Assembly (NCBI GenBank): GCA_963787835.1
Contig: CAWBEI010000002.1
Coordinates: 1,440,001 to 1,504,000 of the forward strand
Origin: Ignavibacteriota bacterium
GTDB lineage: Bacteria; Bacteroidota; Ignavibacteria; Palsa-1295
Direction: 5' to 3'
DNA length: 64,000 bases
Below, piece after piece: positions 9,269-20,081 of the stretch (position 1 is its first letter; every line of letters starts with the position of its first letter). The translations under genes were made by a program, and so were the position numbers. Under the pieces are notes generated by a model that did not search any database, had not been told where the DNA came from, and worked only from the letters and a program-made list of their open reading frames with translations.

Positions 9269-10794
9269 TAATCCATTATCCGCTTCAAGAACGCGGGCCT
9301 GTCATCGCGGTCTTTTGGTGGTGTAACACTCCGATCTGACGCAACTCCGGCGCCGACGAACTGAGGCTCTCCCTCCCCTTCGTCAATGGGGGGAAGGGTG
9401 ATGCCGCGGCGGAGATAGGCGGGCTGGTCGTAGTCCTTGAGGTCGCGCGGGCCGCTGGGAACGTGCCGCGAATCGGTGCGTGGTGTGAGGCGCGAGATCT
9501 GTCCGGCATGTTCCCTCACGCCATCCCGTTCGGCGGGAGAAATAGGGCTGTCAGTGCTGGCGCTTCGCATGGAAGCGCGTTCGAAGGTTTCGCGTCCATC
9601 TTTTTCTGTGAGGGTTCCACGCGGGACGTACATGCGCTCGATCTTCGGAAGCGGCATCGCTTCTTCTCCAATTTCCATCGTGCCGGTTTCGCGGAGCGGG
9701 TTGATGCCAATCGCTTCCGGCGTGTCTTCAACCGGCTGTAAAATGCGTTCGACACGCGGTTTGGGTTTCCCATTCTCAGCGGAGTCGCGAGAGGGAAGCA
9801 TGGTGCTGCGCGGAGATATTCCGCCGTTGTATTTCGGCTTGGAATTAAATCCCGTGGCGATCACGGTAACCATAATTTCCTCATCCATCGAGTCGTCAAG
9901 CACGGCACCGAAGATAATATTGGCGTCGTCACCGGCCGCATCGTGAACGATCTGTGTTGCCTCGCTGACTTCAAGCAGCGACATCGAGCGCCCGCCCGTG
10001 ATATTAACCAGCACGCCTTGCGCGCCCTGTATCTTCACGCCTTCGAGCAGCGGGGAAGATATTGCTTGCTCGGCAGCAATAGCAGCGCGGTGTTCGCCGC
10101 GTCCCAAGCCGGAACCCATGATGGCGTCACCCATTTCACGCATGACGGTTCGCACGTCCGCAAAATCAACGTTGATGTAGCCGTGCCGCGTGATGAGTTC
10201 GGAAATTCCACGCGTCGCATTGTACAGCACTTGATTGGCAAGTGAGAATCCATCGAGGAACGAAGTTCCATTCTCGACAAGTGCGAGTAATTTCTGGTTC
10301 GGTATAACGATCAGCGTATCGACGTTCTGGCGTAGTTCCTCGATACCCTCTTCGGCTTGCTTCGCACGGCGTTTGCCTTCGAATTGGAATGGCTTTGTGA
10401 CAATGCCAACAACGAGCGCGCCGGCATCTTTCGCAATACCGGCGACCGTTGCCGCGCCGCCGGTTCCCGTTCCGCCGCCCATGCCGGCGGTGACGAACAC
10501 CATATCGCACGAGGCGATCATGCGCGAGATCTCCTCGCGGTCTTCTTCGACGGCTTTGCGCCCAACTTCGGGATCGGCGCCCGCGCCTAATCCGCGCGTA
10601 AGGTTCTTGCCGATCTGTAATTTTATCGGTGCAGAACTTTTTTCCAGCGCCTGCACATCGGTGTTGAGGACGCAGAATTCCACGCCTTCCAGACCCTTGT
10701 TTATCATCGAGTTCACTGCGTTCGATCCGCCGCCGCCGATGCCGACGATCCTAATCTTTGCGCCATATTCCTGCTTGGTGTCGAGTTCTATCAT
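9268..10794 (-). CDS. ftsZ: Cell division protein FtsZ
   Basis: GGGGSNAVN, GMGGGTGTG tubulin signature, INVDFADV, C-terminal PAFLKRIMD. Confidence 0.99.
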   Translation of the reverse strand: MIELDTKQEYGAKIRIVGIGGGGSNAVNSMINKGLEGVEFCVLNTDVQALEKSSAPIKLQIGKNLTRGLGAGADPEVGRKAVEEDREEISRMIASCDMVFVTAGMGGGTGTGGAATVAGIAKDAGALVVGIVTKPFQFEGKRRAKQAEEGIEELRQNVDTLIVIPNQKLLALVENGTSFLDGFSLANQVLYNATRGISELITRHGYINVDFADVRTVMREMGDAIMGSGLGRGEHRAAIAAEQAISSPLLEGVKIQGAQGVLVNITGGRSMSLLEVSEATQIVHDAAGDDANIIFGAVLDDSMDEEIMVTVIATGFNSKPKYNGGISPRSTMLPSRDSAENGKPKPRVERILQPVEDTPEAIGINPLRETGTMEIGEEAMPLPKIERMYVPRGTLTEKDGRETFERASMRSASTDSPISPAERDGVREHAGQISRLTPRTDSRHVPSGPRDLKDYDQPAYLRRGITLPPIDEGEGEPQFVGAGVASDRSVTPPKDRDDRPAFLKRIMD

Positions 10795-10841
10795 GGTTGT
10801 ATAGGGGTTAAAAATTTATTGTTTCCGATCACAAAATTGGT

Positions 10842-12224
10842 TTAGAGTTGTTCGAACCATTCCTTCATTCTGGAGAAAATATTTCCAGCCTGTCCGTTCA
10901 TGGTTTGATCGTCCTGGATTTCCGCTGCCGGTTCTGCCGGAATTTCTTCTTGCACATACGATGCCGGTGCGTGATGTTTGAACGCATAGAGTACAAGCCC
11001 CACGGCCGTCGAAAAGACCGGCGATTCCACTTCCTTGACGAGCCCTGCCCCAAATCCCATCGGCATTCCGATCTTGACGGGCATTTGGAATATCTCTTCA
11101 GCGAGTTCCCGCGTGCCATTTGTCATCGAGCCGCCGCCCGTGAGCACTACGCCAGCGGAAAGATGGCGCGCATAGCCCGATCGCTTGATCTCCGCGAGCG
11201 CGAATTCTAATATTTCTTCCATGCGTGGCTGAATCACTCTTGCCAGCACCGACTTCGCGATCTCGCGCGGCTTGCGCCCTGCAAGTCCTGGAAGCTGAAT
11301 TACTTCATCGCGCAAAATGTGGGATACGACCGCGCAGCCATACTCGCGCTTCAGACGTTCAGCTTGATCGCCCAAAATACCAAGACCTTTACGAACGTCG
11401 TCGGTAACCTTTTGTCCTGCAATACCGATGACAGCGGTATGACGAATCGTTCTCTCTTCGAAAACGGCAATGTCCGTCGTGCCGCCGCCAATATCGACGA
11501 GCGCAACGCCCACTTCTTTCTCTTCATCATCCAACACGGCATAGCTCGATGCAAGCGGCTCGAGCACAATGTCGCGGACGCGAATTCCTGCACGCTCCAC
11601 GCAATTATGAATATTTTGCACCGCTGTCACAAGCCCATTGATGATATGAACGCTGGCTTCCAGACGCACGCCGGACATACCGATCGGCTCGTAAATACCA
11701 TCCTGACCATCAACGATGTACTCCTGCGGAATAACATGGAGGATCTTGCGATCCTGTGGCAAGTGAACTTTTTTAGTATCCTCGATGAGGCGCTGAACGT
11801 CGTCTTCGGTGATCGTTCGCTCGGCATTCGAGATCGTCACAACGCCGCGCGATTGAAACGACTGAATGTGATCGCCCGCAATGCCAACGACGACCTCGCG
11901 TATCTTCACGCCGCTCTGTGCTTCTGCCTCAGCAATTGCGCGTTCAATGGAGCGAACCGTCTTTTCGATATTGGTCACTACGCCGCGTGACAGGCCATCC
12001 GCAGGCGCATGACCGACTCCGAGGATCGTCATCGTGCGCGGTTCCCGCAGCGAAAGCGCCGCGACGATCGCGCAGACTTTCGTGGTGCCGACATCCAGGC
12101 CGACAATAATTCGGCCCGGATCGAGCGAACTCGGTACGCCGATCATCGGCGCGGAGTTCATGGGTGTTGAATAGGAAGAATCAGTTGGATGATCGCTTAT
12201 TCGCGTTCGTTGCATAGTGGGCAT
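10842..12224 (-). CDS. ftsA: Cell division protein FtsA (start uncertain)
   Basis: VGLDVGTTKV, DIGGGTTD, VVLTGGG, STAVGL, amphipathic tail. Confidence 0.98.
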   Translation of the reverse strand: MPTMQRTRISDHPTDSSYSTPMNSAPMIGVPSSLDPGRIIVGLDVGTTKVCAIVAALSLREPRTMTILGVGHAPADGLSRGVVTNIEKTVRSIERAIAEAEAQSGVKIREVVVGIAGDHIQSFQSRGVVTISNAERTITEDDVQRLIEDTKKVHLPQDRKILHVIPQEYIVDGQDGIYEPIGMSGVRLEASVHIINGLVTAVQNIHNCVERAGIRVRDIVLEPLASSYAVLDDEEKEVGVALVDIGGGTTDIAVFEERTIRHTAVIGIAGQKVTDDVRKGLGILGDQAERLKREYGCAVVSHILRDEVIQLPGLAGRKPREIAKSVLARVIQPRMEEILEFALAEIKRSGYARHLSAGVVLTGGGSMTNGTRELAEEIFQMPVKIGMPMGFGAGLVKEVESPVFSTAVGLVLYAFKHHAPASYVQEEIPAEPAAEIQDDQTMNGQAGNIFSRMKEWFEQL

Positions 12225-13386
12225 GGTTAGGTTCTGACTGCAAGGCGGCCTGGGAAGCTGGCACTCCGGTGACCGCCTGTTGTTGAAATTTATGTCTTAA
12301 AATTATTTGTCCGTTGAAGCGTGCATCGACATACAGCGCATGTCCCGCAAGGATCTCGCTTCGTAATCTCTCTTTCCAGATGGTTGCCAGGAGATTCAAT
12401 TGGCGGTAGAAGAGCGATGTTTCATTGTTCGGAGTAGCCGAGGCCAACTGGTCTTCCAGCGCGGTGTGGAACTCTCGATCGAACGGGGAGCCGAGGAATA
12501 TTGGCGTTTCGGTTTCTGAAGTATAGATCACATACGCACCGGTTGGCGTTTGATGCAGTTCGCCGATCGCATCTTTTAGCGCGCCGGAATCGAGTGAGGC
12601 GATCAACATCACTAATTTCGACATCGCCTGAAATCGTATCGTGTCTCGCGCACTTACTCCGGAAAGCAGCGGCACTTGTAAGATTTTGGAAGGATTGCGA
12701 AGCCCTGCAATTAGTTTAGGCCGAAGCAGTACCCCATCGCGGTCGATAATAAATGTTTCCCCAGCAGAACCGCCGGCTGTGGAATCGCTGTGCAGCAAAG
12801 CGACCGGTTGCCGCTCTTCGATCGAGAGTACCAGCGTTGCAGGGCTCAGTTCCCGATGCACATGGGCGCTACGAATAAGCGAATGCGTCATCAGCCGCTC
12901 CTCGATCTGCTTGAGATTGATCTGGTAAAATGGTACCGAAGCATTAATGCCTGCAAGTTGAAGGACTTCTTCGTTCGAAAGCAGAGCCGCGCCTTCGACT
13001 TTCACGCGAGAAAGCCGAAGACCGCCATCCGATCGTGAAGCGAGATACCATATCATACCAAGCACAAGTATCGCCGTGATAAAGAGCGCCCCCGGCCACC
13101 TGGAATGTTTCCACGAAGCGTCGGACTCACCTTCCTCGGGTTCCGTAACTTCTTCATCCGTTGGTGCCTCATCGTATTCGCCGGTGCTGCTATCCTGGGT
13201 GTATGTTCCGAGCAGATCAGGCTCTTTCATTTCATCATTCAATGCATCTGCCGTAGCTTGACCGAGCATGGTTCGCTGCGAAGCGGGATTATCCGCCGAG
13301 CGAATAGCCCGCGGCAGATCATCAAGCTCCCGTTCGGGGAGATTGACATATTCCTTTCGCTCGGTCGAGTGAATGATGAGTTTCAT
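12181..13386 (-). CDS. ftsQ: FtsQ/DivIB with a long acidic N-terminus
   Basis: Single TM, POTRA-like region, IEERQPVA, YVDARFNGQII; position before ftsA. Confidence 0.88.
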   Translation of the reverse strand: MKLIIHSTERKEYVNLPERELDDLPRAIRSADNPASQRTMLGQATADALNDEMKEPDLLGTYTQDSSTGEYDEAPTDEEVTEPEEGESDASWKHSRWPGALFITAILVLGMIWYLASRSDGGLRLSRVKVEGAALLSNEEVLQLAGINASVPFYQINLKQIEERLMTHSLIRSAHVHRELSPATLVLSIEERQPVALLHSDSTAGGSAGETFIIDRDGVLLRPKLIAGLRNPSKILQVPLLSGVSARDTIRFQAMSKLVMLIASLDSGALKDAIGELHQTPTGAYVIYTSETETPIFLGSPFDREFHTALEDQLASATPNNETSLFYRQLNLLATIWKERLRSEILAGHALYVDARFNGQIILRHKFQQQAVTGVPASQAALQSEPNHAHYATNANKRSSN

Positions 13387-13538
13387 AATTCGTTCTTATG
13401 TTGCTCTTATAAGAAGCATGCTCCGCCTCCTGCGGTTACAGGCGCATTCGCTGAAAAATGAAATAGAGTGAGATGGTTACCCTTTGGATAAAGGGTACCT
13501 GCGTCCGGGATGCGGACTGCTAAAATGAGGAGAAGTTA

Positions 13539-14879
13539 CTACGATTCCACGGCTATCGCTGCAGAATGAACTGGTTCCGGTTGACCGGCTTCGTGTTGGG
13601 AATGATCCTCGCGATGATCGGCCACACGGTAATTCATGCCATAGGTCCATCCTTCGAGTTGTACTTGTGCGTCGCGATAGATCGTCGGGCTATAATAGCG
13701 GATAGGGAACCGGTTGCGCAGCATTCGAAGCTCCGTTTTCAAGATTCCCAGCAGGGTTAGCAAGGTTTGTTGTGCCTTTGCATTTTTGGAAGCACTCTTC
13801 TGAATTTCCTCCGGAATGTACCAGCCGGCATCCTCGTAGTTGGCAAGCATCGTGGCAAGTGAAGCGGGTTCCAGCCGTTTCCCTTCGGTGAATAGCCAGG
13901 GTAGTGTTTCTACGACCGTTAGCTTTTTAAGCTCCATCATCGGCCAAATGGAAAGGTCTTCGCGGCCAGCTTCGAGTAACTGGCTTAGCATAGCCATGCC
14001 AAGCAGCGCATCTTTGCCACGGTGGTTGCCATTAAATTCATATCGCTCGGTCAGCCGGTTATATCCGATCTGGATCGTGCTCATCGTATTCCTGCCGGCA
14101 AGCGAGATCACTGGAAGATCGGTGCGTCGAAATCGCTCGGCCAGCGATTGCTGCTCGTGCGGCTCCAATTTCTTCGGCTGAATATTGGATTGCTGCTGAA
14201 AATTCCATCCCCGGTCATTTGGGCGGCGGGATGGCCGTTCAAATGATTTCGGAGTTTCGGGATCGAGATACGATTCGCGATACCGCCCGAGCCGTTCGAC
14301 CCACAACCGTGCGCCATCATCGACATTCCTCTTGAGATCCTCACGAACGGTTCGGATCATGCTCCGCCAATCGGCAAGGCCTTCGGTTGCAGAAAGCATT
14401 TCCAAAAAGGCAGCGGGATAACTAAAATTAAAATCCAGAGTGACGAGGCCCGCATCCATTTCAAGGATCCGGTCTAAGATCTCTTTGCGCGTTCGTACTT
14501 TTTCGAGTTTTTGAACAACCACCCAGTCTCCTTCGATCGTAGCTTCGGTCCACAGCAATTCTGATGCGGGTTCTCGTTCGCCGGACCAGGATACAAAAAC
14601 GACGCGTCGAAAGACTCCTATTCGTTTTGCTATTGGCCTCGCAGAAGATCGCTGGTCAGATTTTCGGTTTTTTACTTTACCGCCATTCGATCTTCGTGGT
14701 TTGTTATTACGCTTTGGCCGTTCACCATTTGGGATGGACTCCACGGGTGTCGTCTCAGGTTCCGTAATGGCAGATTCTTCCGGAACGGCTTGATCGGCAG
14801 TGAGAGCTTCGGAGGGATCAGAGCTAGCTTCCGGCTGGATCAATTCTTGGTCTTGTTCGAGTTCGTTCATTATGGTCAA
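13539..14879 (-). CDS. Hypothetical protein, possibly DUF429-like (RNase H-like fold)
   Basis: Long ORF translationally coupled to murC; LDFNFSYP and VVETLP resemble DUF429 motifs. Confidence 0.5.
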   Translation of the reverse strand: MTIMNELEQDQELIQPEASSDPSEALTADQAVPEESAITEPETTPVESIPNGERPKRNNKPRRSNGGKVKNRKSDQRSSARPIAKRIGVFRRVVFVSWSGEREPASELLWTEATIEGDWVVVQKLEKVRTRKEILDRILEMDAGLVTLDFNFSYPAAFLEMLSATEGLADWRSMIRTVREDLKRNVDDGARLWVERLGRYRESYLDPETPKSFERPSRRPNDRGWNFQQQSNIQPKKLEPHEQQSLAERFRRTDLPVISLAGRNTMSTIQIGYNRLTERYEFNGNHRGKDALLGMAMLSQLLEAGREDLSIWPMMELKKLTVVETLPWLFTEGKRLEPASLATMLANYEDAGWYIPEEIQKSASKNAKAQQTLLTLLGILKTELRMLRNRFPIRYYSPTIYRDAQVQLEGWTYGMNYRVADHREDHSQHEAGQPEPVHSAAIAVES

Positions 14880-16342
14880 TTCTTTTCCTCGGATGCCGTT
14901 TCAAGCGTTCGCTCAGTGGCGATCTCACGAAGTATAAGAGGCGCCGCTTCGGTGATCGTGCCCGCGCCGATCGTAAGGACCACGTCCCCTGCGCGAAGAA
15001 TTCCTTCAAGCACCAAAGGCAGCTCTTTCGTGCCAGCAACAGAATATATCTCCTTCGGCCCTACACTTTTGGCTGCATCCAGAATGAGCGAACTCGTCAC
15101 TCCGGGGATGGGTGCTTCCCGTGCCGGATAGATATCAAGTAGTACAACCACATCCGCGAGCGAAGCAAGCACCAGTCCAAAGCCTTCGGCAAAATCGCGA
15201 GTACGTGTGAATGTGTGTGGCTGAAAACAGGCGACGATCCTTCTACCCGGATACACCTGGCGCGCCGTTGTCAGCGTAGCGTGAAGTTCGGTCGGATGGT
15301 GCGCGTAATCATCGATGACGACAATGCCGTAGGCTTCTCCAATCACTTCGAACCTTCGCTCGGCGCCGCCAAATCGTTTCAACGCCCGAAGCGTAATATC
15401 GAGTGGTATGGAAAGCACATCTGCTGTAGCGATGGCAGCAAGCGCGTTCAGCATATTATGCTTCCCGGGCACATGCAGTTCGATCTCGCCAACGGATTCA
15501 CCGGCCCGAACGAGCGTGGCCCGCGATCGCTGTGGCTGTTGCGATAGATTGCTTGCACGATACTTTGTTTCGGATGAATCGATACCATAGGTCACGATTC
15601 GCTTGCGCAGACGAGGCGTAATTTCGCGGAGCATTGGCTCGTCGATGCAGATGATTGCAAATCCCGTGGGGGGGGCTTGATGGCCATTTCGTAACAGGTC
15701 GAGACCGGCCGAATGGGAGCCGCTAACCGGTTCCTGATTCGCAAATTCAACGAACGCATCTCTGAGCGAATCGACATTCTCATAGGTATCGAGATGCTCG
15801 GCTTCAAGCGAAGTCATCACCGCGATGTACGACCCTCCGAGTGCAAGAAAACTGCGGTCGTATTCGTCTGCTTCGATCACCGCGATCTTACCGGCTCCGG
15901 CGCGGGAATTCTTACCGCCTAATTCCATTACGCTTGCTCCGACGAGCACAAGTGGATCGAGTCCGGCTTCTATGAGAACAGACGCGATCATGCTCGTAAC
16001 CGTTGTTTTGCCATGCGTCCCGGCGACGGCGATCACCATGTGGCCCCGCAATAGTTCTCCAAGGAAATCCGCGCGGCGTATCAAGCGAATGCCGCGATGA
16101 GCGGCTTCTACACGTTCGACGTTATGGTTGTTTATTGCTGAGGAATATACTACGACGTCCGCACCATCTACATGCTTTGCATCGTGCCCGATCGAGATCG
16201 TTGCGCCAAGCGATGCAAGCTCGTCCGTCTTTTTATTGTGTGCAGTATCGCTGCCGCTAACGGCGACGCCACGCATGAGCAACAGCTCCGCCAGCCCGCT
16301 CATGCCGGCGCCGCCAATACCGATGAAATGGACGTGACGCAA
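14876..16342 (-). CDS. murC: UDP-N-acetylmuramate-L-alanine ligase (start uncertain, TTG 16342 assumed)
   Basis: HFIGIGGAGMSG, GTHGKTT, EADEYD, DDYAHHPTE, FQPH. Confidence 0.97.
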   Translation of the reverse strand: MRHVHFIGIGGAGMSGLAELLLMRGVAVSGSDTAHNKKTDELASLGATISIGHDAKHVDGADVVVYSSAINNHNVERVEAAHRGIRLIRRADFLGELLRGHMVIAVAGTHGKTTVTSMIASVLIEAGLDPLVLVGASVMELGGKNSRAGAGKIAVIEADEYDRSFLALGGSYIAVMTSLEAEHLDTYENVDSLRDAFVEFANQEPVSGSHSAGLDLLRNGHQAPPTGFAIICIDEPMLREITPRLRKRIVTYGIDSSETKYRASNLSQQPQRSRATLVRAGESVGEIELHVPGKHNMLNALAAIATADVLSIPLDITLRALKRFGGAERRFEVIGEAYGIVVIDDYAHHPTELHATLTTARQVYPGRRIVACFQPHTFTRTRDFAEGFGLVLASLADVVVLLDIYPAREAPIPGVTSSLILDAAKSVGPKEIYSVAGTKELPLVLEGILRAGDVVLTIGAGTITEAAPLILREIATERTLETASEEKN

Positions 16343-16350
16343 GAAAAAAT

Positions 16351-16854
16351 TTATGATTGCCGCGTTGCGCGTGCATGGCGTGTGACCGCAAGTGGGCCAG
16401 CCCACTCGCGAAGATCGTTCAGCAGTTTGCGGCGATGCTCGAAATTTGCAAGACGTATCAGGATAGGCCGGTATTGCGTTTTGAGTTTGATTCGCACCCA
16501 GCGGATACGTCTGGTTCCCATTTTGGAAGGGTCGATCCGGATGGATGCAACATCGTTACGGGCGATCCGGCGGGTTCGAGCGCGGCTCGTGAAATGGATG
16601 GCATCCCGAACGATTTCGATCTGCCGCCGCATAATAAGATTGTAAAGCAACGCAAGGATCCCAAGGAGCGTGATTATGGAAAGCAGTAACAACAGCGGGT
16701 CCTGCCAGAGCGTTGGAAATACCTGCCAATCCATGATCGATCGAATGACGAGATACAGCACCAGCGTCGCCGCATAGACAGCGATGGACTGATACAGGAA
16801 ATCGAGCCGTGCGCGATAAATATGTTTCTCGTCGTCCATGATGTTTCTCTCCAA
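16351..16854 (-). CDS. Hypothetical two-TM membrane protein
   Basis: Two hydrophobic helices and a basic C-terminal domain; abuts murG and murC. Confidence 0.7.
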   Translation of the reverse strand: MERNIMDDEKHIYRARLDFLYQSIAVYAATLVLYLVIRSIMDWQVFPTLWQDPLLLLLSIITLLGILALLYNLIMRRQIEIVRDAIHFTSRARTRRIARNDVASIRIDPSKMGTRRIRWVRIKLKTQYRPILIRLANFEHRRKLLNDLREWAGPLAVTRHARATRQS

Positions 16855-17964
16855 TTAGTAGGAACGAGAAGTGTGGAGTAACCATTCAGCCACGATCCTG
16901 GCGGCATCGGGATTATCTCTTTTTTTCATTGCTTCTGACATTGCGTTTAATCGTGTTGGTGCTTCGAGCAAAGCAAAAATCGTTTGTGCGAGCATGGTGT
17001 CTAATTCAGTATCGCGGAGGACTATTGCCGCACCATCCCGTTCGAAGGAGCGTGCATTATGTTCCTGATGGTTATCCATCGCTCCAGACCACGGCACAAG
17101 GATGGCCGGTTTCCCGAGCCTCGCTAATTCCGCCAGCGAGGAAGCGCCTGCGCGGCAGACGACAAGGTCTGCCGCACGATAGGCTTGCTCCATCTCATAA
17201 ATGTACTCCGCGACACGAACGTTCGGCATGTTCGCAAATTCTCTTTGAAGTTCAGCTACGTTTGCACTGCGGCCCGTTTGCCATACGATGTTATATCCAT
17301 GCTCTGAGATCGCTTGTGCACACCCTTTCATTGCTTCATTGATGGCGCGTGCTCCGAGCGAACCACCAAACACAAGAATGGTCGTGCGTGTCGTATCCAG
17401 TCCAAAGGATCTGCGTGCATCTTCCGCAGTGATCCGCCCATCGCCAAGTTCCGAACGTACTGGAGTTCCACATACCGTTGCTGATCCAGAAATTCGGTTT
17501 GGAAAGTGATTCGCCGATTCTTTATACGCAAGAAATAATTTTTTTGCAATACGGGAAAGTAACTTATTCGCGCTTCCCGGAATGGAATTAATTTCAAGGA
17601 GGGCGATGGGTATCCGCGAGAGCCATGCAGCAATTCCAACCGGCACGGTCAAATACGCTCCTGCGCCCAACATGGCAGATGGCTTTTCCTTTCTTATCAG
17701 AGCGATGCAATCTAAAATTGCGTTCACAAATTTCCATGGAAAGGCGAGAAGTGACGAAATGGATTTTCGTGGCGCGTGGATGTCGATCGGCACAAAAGGA
17801 AATCCTGCTCTCGGAACTTCCTTTGCTTCGATGCGGTCTCGCGTGCCGACGAAAATTACTTTTGCATCCGGATAGTCTTTCCGAATTTCTTCTGCGACCG
17901 CAATGGCGGGGTACAAATGCCCGCCTGTTCCGCCTGCAGCGATAAGGATGGTCTTGTTAGGCAA
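16855..17964 (-). CDS. murG: MurG glycosyltransferase
   Basis: GGTGGHLYP, GGSLGA, RAGASSLAE, HQEHNA. Confidence 0.98.
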   Translation of the reverse strand: MPNKTILIAAGGTGGHLYPAIAVAEEIRKDYPDAKVIFVGTRDRIEAKEVPRAGFPFVPIDIHAPRKSISSLLAFPWKFVNAILDCIALIRKEKPSAMLGAGAYLTVPVGIAAWLSRIPIALLEINSIPGSANKLLSRIAKKLFLAYKESANHFPNRISGSATVCGTPVRSELGDGRITAEDARRSFGLDTTRTTILVFGGSLGARAINEAMKGCAQAISEHGYNIVWQTGRSANVAELQREFANMPNVRVAEYIYEMEQAYRAADLVVCRAGASSLAELARLGKPAILVPWSGAMDNHQEHNARSFERDGAAIVLRDTELDTMLAQTIFALLEAPTRLNAMSEAMKKRDNPDAARIVAEWLLHTSRSY

Positions 17965-19129
17965 GTGCTTCTTCCTGCGGCGGTTTTAGAATGCGTGAGA
18001 TCCGTTCACCGAACGTCACTTTCGGCGGCTTCGGAAGTGTCACGGCATATTTCGAAATATTGAGCAGCACCCCGATCGCGGCGGCGCTGAAGATCATGCT
18101 GGTGCCGCCATAGCTGACGAACGGCATCGGAAGTCCGGTCACCGGCATCAGGCCCACATTGACAAAGGCGTTTATCAGTGCATAGAGCGACACGGTCATC
18201 GTAATCCCGAATGCCGTATAGCGGCCGAATGCATCCGGCGCGTGTTTGGCGATCTGAATGCCACGCACGGCAATGAACCCGAAGACGAAGAGCAGTACGG
18301 CAGCGCCAAGAAAGCCATACTCCTCGCCGATCACCGAGTAAATAAAATCCCCGTAGGACTCGGGAAGGAAAAACATGCTCTGCCGCGATTGCCCGATGCC
18401 CACCCCAAAAATTCCGCCATTTCCGAAGGCAAGGAGTGCCTGGTCGGTTTGGTATGCTACTTGGGAAGTATGCTGGGTGTGGTGCCCGACAAAAGCTAAC
18501 ATGCGTTGCACACGATAGCTTGCGGTGAGTGCAAAGATCCCTCCGCCAAACAGTGCAAGCACCCCGCTGGTTAGCATGTATTTTAGCGGCACCTGCGCAA
18601 CATACATGATACCGAATGCGATAATTATCAGCACGCTTGCGGTGGACATGTTCGGCTGCTTGGCAATGAGCGCCGCCGCCGCAAGTGCCCAGAATGCGAT
18701 GGGAAGGAATGCTTTCTTGAAATCACCGATGATCTCCTGTTTTGCGGCGCAGAGTGCAGCGACATGCAGCACTAATGCGAATTTTGCAAACTCTGCCGGT
18801 TGGAAACTAAAAGCTCCAACTCCGAGCCAGCGCCGTGCACCAAGCTCGCGCGTCCCCACGAAAAGCACAGCAACAAGCAGGAATAGGGAAGAGAGCATGA
18901 TCCACTTCGTTTGCTTTTCGAACTTGTGATAATCAATTTTCGTGAATAGGATCATCGCTACGAAGGAGAGAAATACTTTCTTCGCATGGTTGAACAGCAT
19001 GGATTCGCTCGCGCCCATCTTCACCGCGCTGAACGAGGCGCTCGCCGTATAAACGAACGCCAATGAAGCGAGCAAAAGACCGGTGACGGTCAAAAACAGG
19101 CTAAGATCGGCAGTGCGTTTGGGTTTCAT
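17957..19129 (-). CDS. ftsW: SEDS protein FtsW
   Basis: GARRWL, FQPAEFAK, DFIYSVIGEE, GLPMPFVSYGG; dcw position. Confidence 0.97.
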   Translation of the reverse strand: MKPKRTADLSLFLTVTGLLLASLAFVYTASASFSAVKMGASESMLFNHAKKVFLSFVAMILFTKIDYHKFEKQTKWIMLSSLFLLVAVLFVGTRELGARRWLGVGAFSFQPAEFAKFALVLHVAALCAAKQEIIGDFKKAFLPIAFWALAAAALIAKQPNMSTASVLIIIAFGIMYVAQVPLKYMLTSGVLALFGGGIFALTASYRVQRMLAFVGHHTQHTSQVAYQTDQALLAFGNGGIFGVGIGQSRQSMFFLPESYGDFIYSVIGEEYGFLGAAVLLFVFGFIAVRGIQIAKHAPDAFGRYTAFGITMTVSLYALINAFVNVGLMPVTGLPMPFVSYGGTSMIFSAAAIGVLLNISKYAVTLPKPPKVTFGERISRILKPPQEEALA

Positions 19130-19138
19130 AGGTTAATG

Positions 19139-20068
19139 TTACTTATTCTTCTTATTTCCACTTCTAATTTCCGCAAGTTCTTCTGGTGTTTTTATGCTTC
19201 CAGAACAAACATCTCCCTCGGATTCTCCATTATACCATGTCATTATTTCTTTGAGGCGAGATTGTTCAAGAAACCCAGCAATCTCAGATTCGCACATCGG
19301 AAAAACACTTCCATAATAGTTACCGTTGCTATCCGCGTATGGGAAAATGGCTTTCATTTCAGCATCTCGGAATAGCAGCCATGCGAGTTCTGCATCCTTG
19401 AATCTGTCAGTGAATACTGTGTCGTCATCGTAATCACGCAAAATAGCATGATATACTCGATTTAGTTCTTTGTCAATGCTTTCATATTCATTCCCAGCTT
19501 GTTCGTCTAAATCTCGCTGATTATCGTCATAATGCTTAAGCCATCTTAGCGTTGAATCGGCGAAATGGGTTAAATACGTGTTTTGAGATTTAGAACTACC
19601 CAAAAGATTTTTCGCTGCTATTTCCGTTTTCTCGCGGAGAGTATCTAAACTTATCGAGAAGAAATCTGAATCCAACCGCACTAGGGTTATTGTGAGCACA
19701 CCAGCGAGAACATTCAGATCTTGAGGAGCAAAATTTTTAGCACTGTCGGCTTCAATTGTTGCCAGAAGCCGATCATTTGCATCACCTCTTGAAAGTAAAA
19801 GTGCATAATCAATTCGTGCCTCTGCATCTTGGCTTTTCTGTGCTAAATATGCTTTGAGTGCTTTCTTGGCTTTGTCGTTGTAGCCATAGTCTTCTGCTGC
19901 TCTTGCGTACGCAAGTTCCATTGCAGATTGAGACTGCGGCTTATTCAAAACATTCTCGAAGTACTTAAGAACCAGCTCAGCATGTTTATTGAGAAGAGTA
20001 TCCTTCATGTGCTCTTGTGCAAACAGCACATTCGTAGATAAAAGGAAAACGACGCATAATAGCTTCAT
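19139..20068 (-). CDS. Secreted protein with a C-terminal LprI/DUF1311 lysozyme-inhibitor-like domain
   Basis: Signal peptide, helical N-terminal region, DKELNRVY...AELAWLLFRDAE...YGSVFPMC; AT-richer than its neighbours. Confidence 0.75.
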   Translation of the reverse strand: MKLLCVVFLLSTNVLFAQEHMKDTLLNKHAELVLKYFENVLNKPQSQSAMELAYARAAEDYGYNDKAKKALKAYLAQKSQDAEARIDYALLLSRGDANDRLLATIEADSAKNFAPQDLNVLAGVLTITLVRLDSDFFSISLDTLREKTEIAAKNLLGSSKSQNTYLTHFADSTLRWLKHYDDNQRDLDEQAGNEYESIDKELNRVYHAILRDYDDDTVFTDRFKDAELAWLLFRDAEMKAIFPYADSNGNYYGSVFPMCESEIAGFLEQSRLKEIMTWYNGESEGDVCSGSIKTPEELAEIRSGNKKNK

Positions 20069-20081
20069 ATTATTATAAAGC

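Noticed and set aside
13387-13538. ncRNA in the spacer upstream of ftsQ
   Set aside because: Only short hairpins (e.g. TACCCTTT-GGAT-AAAGGGTA) are present, with no recognisable family or second copy.
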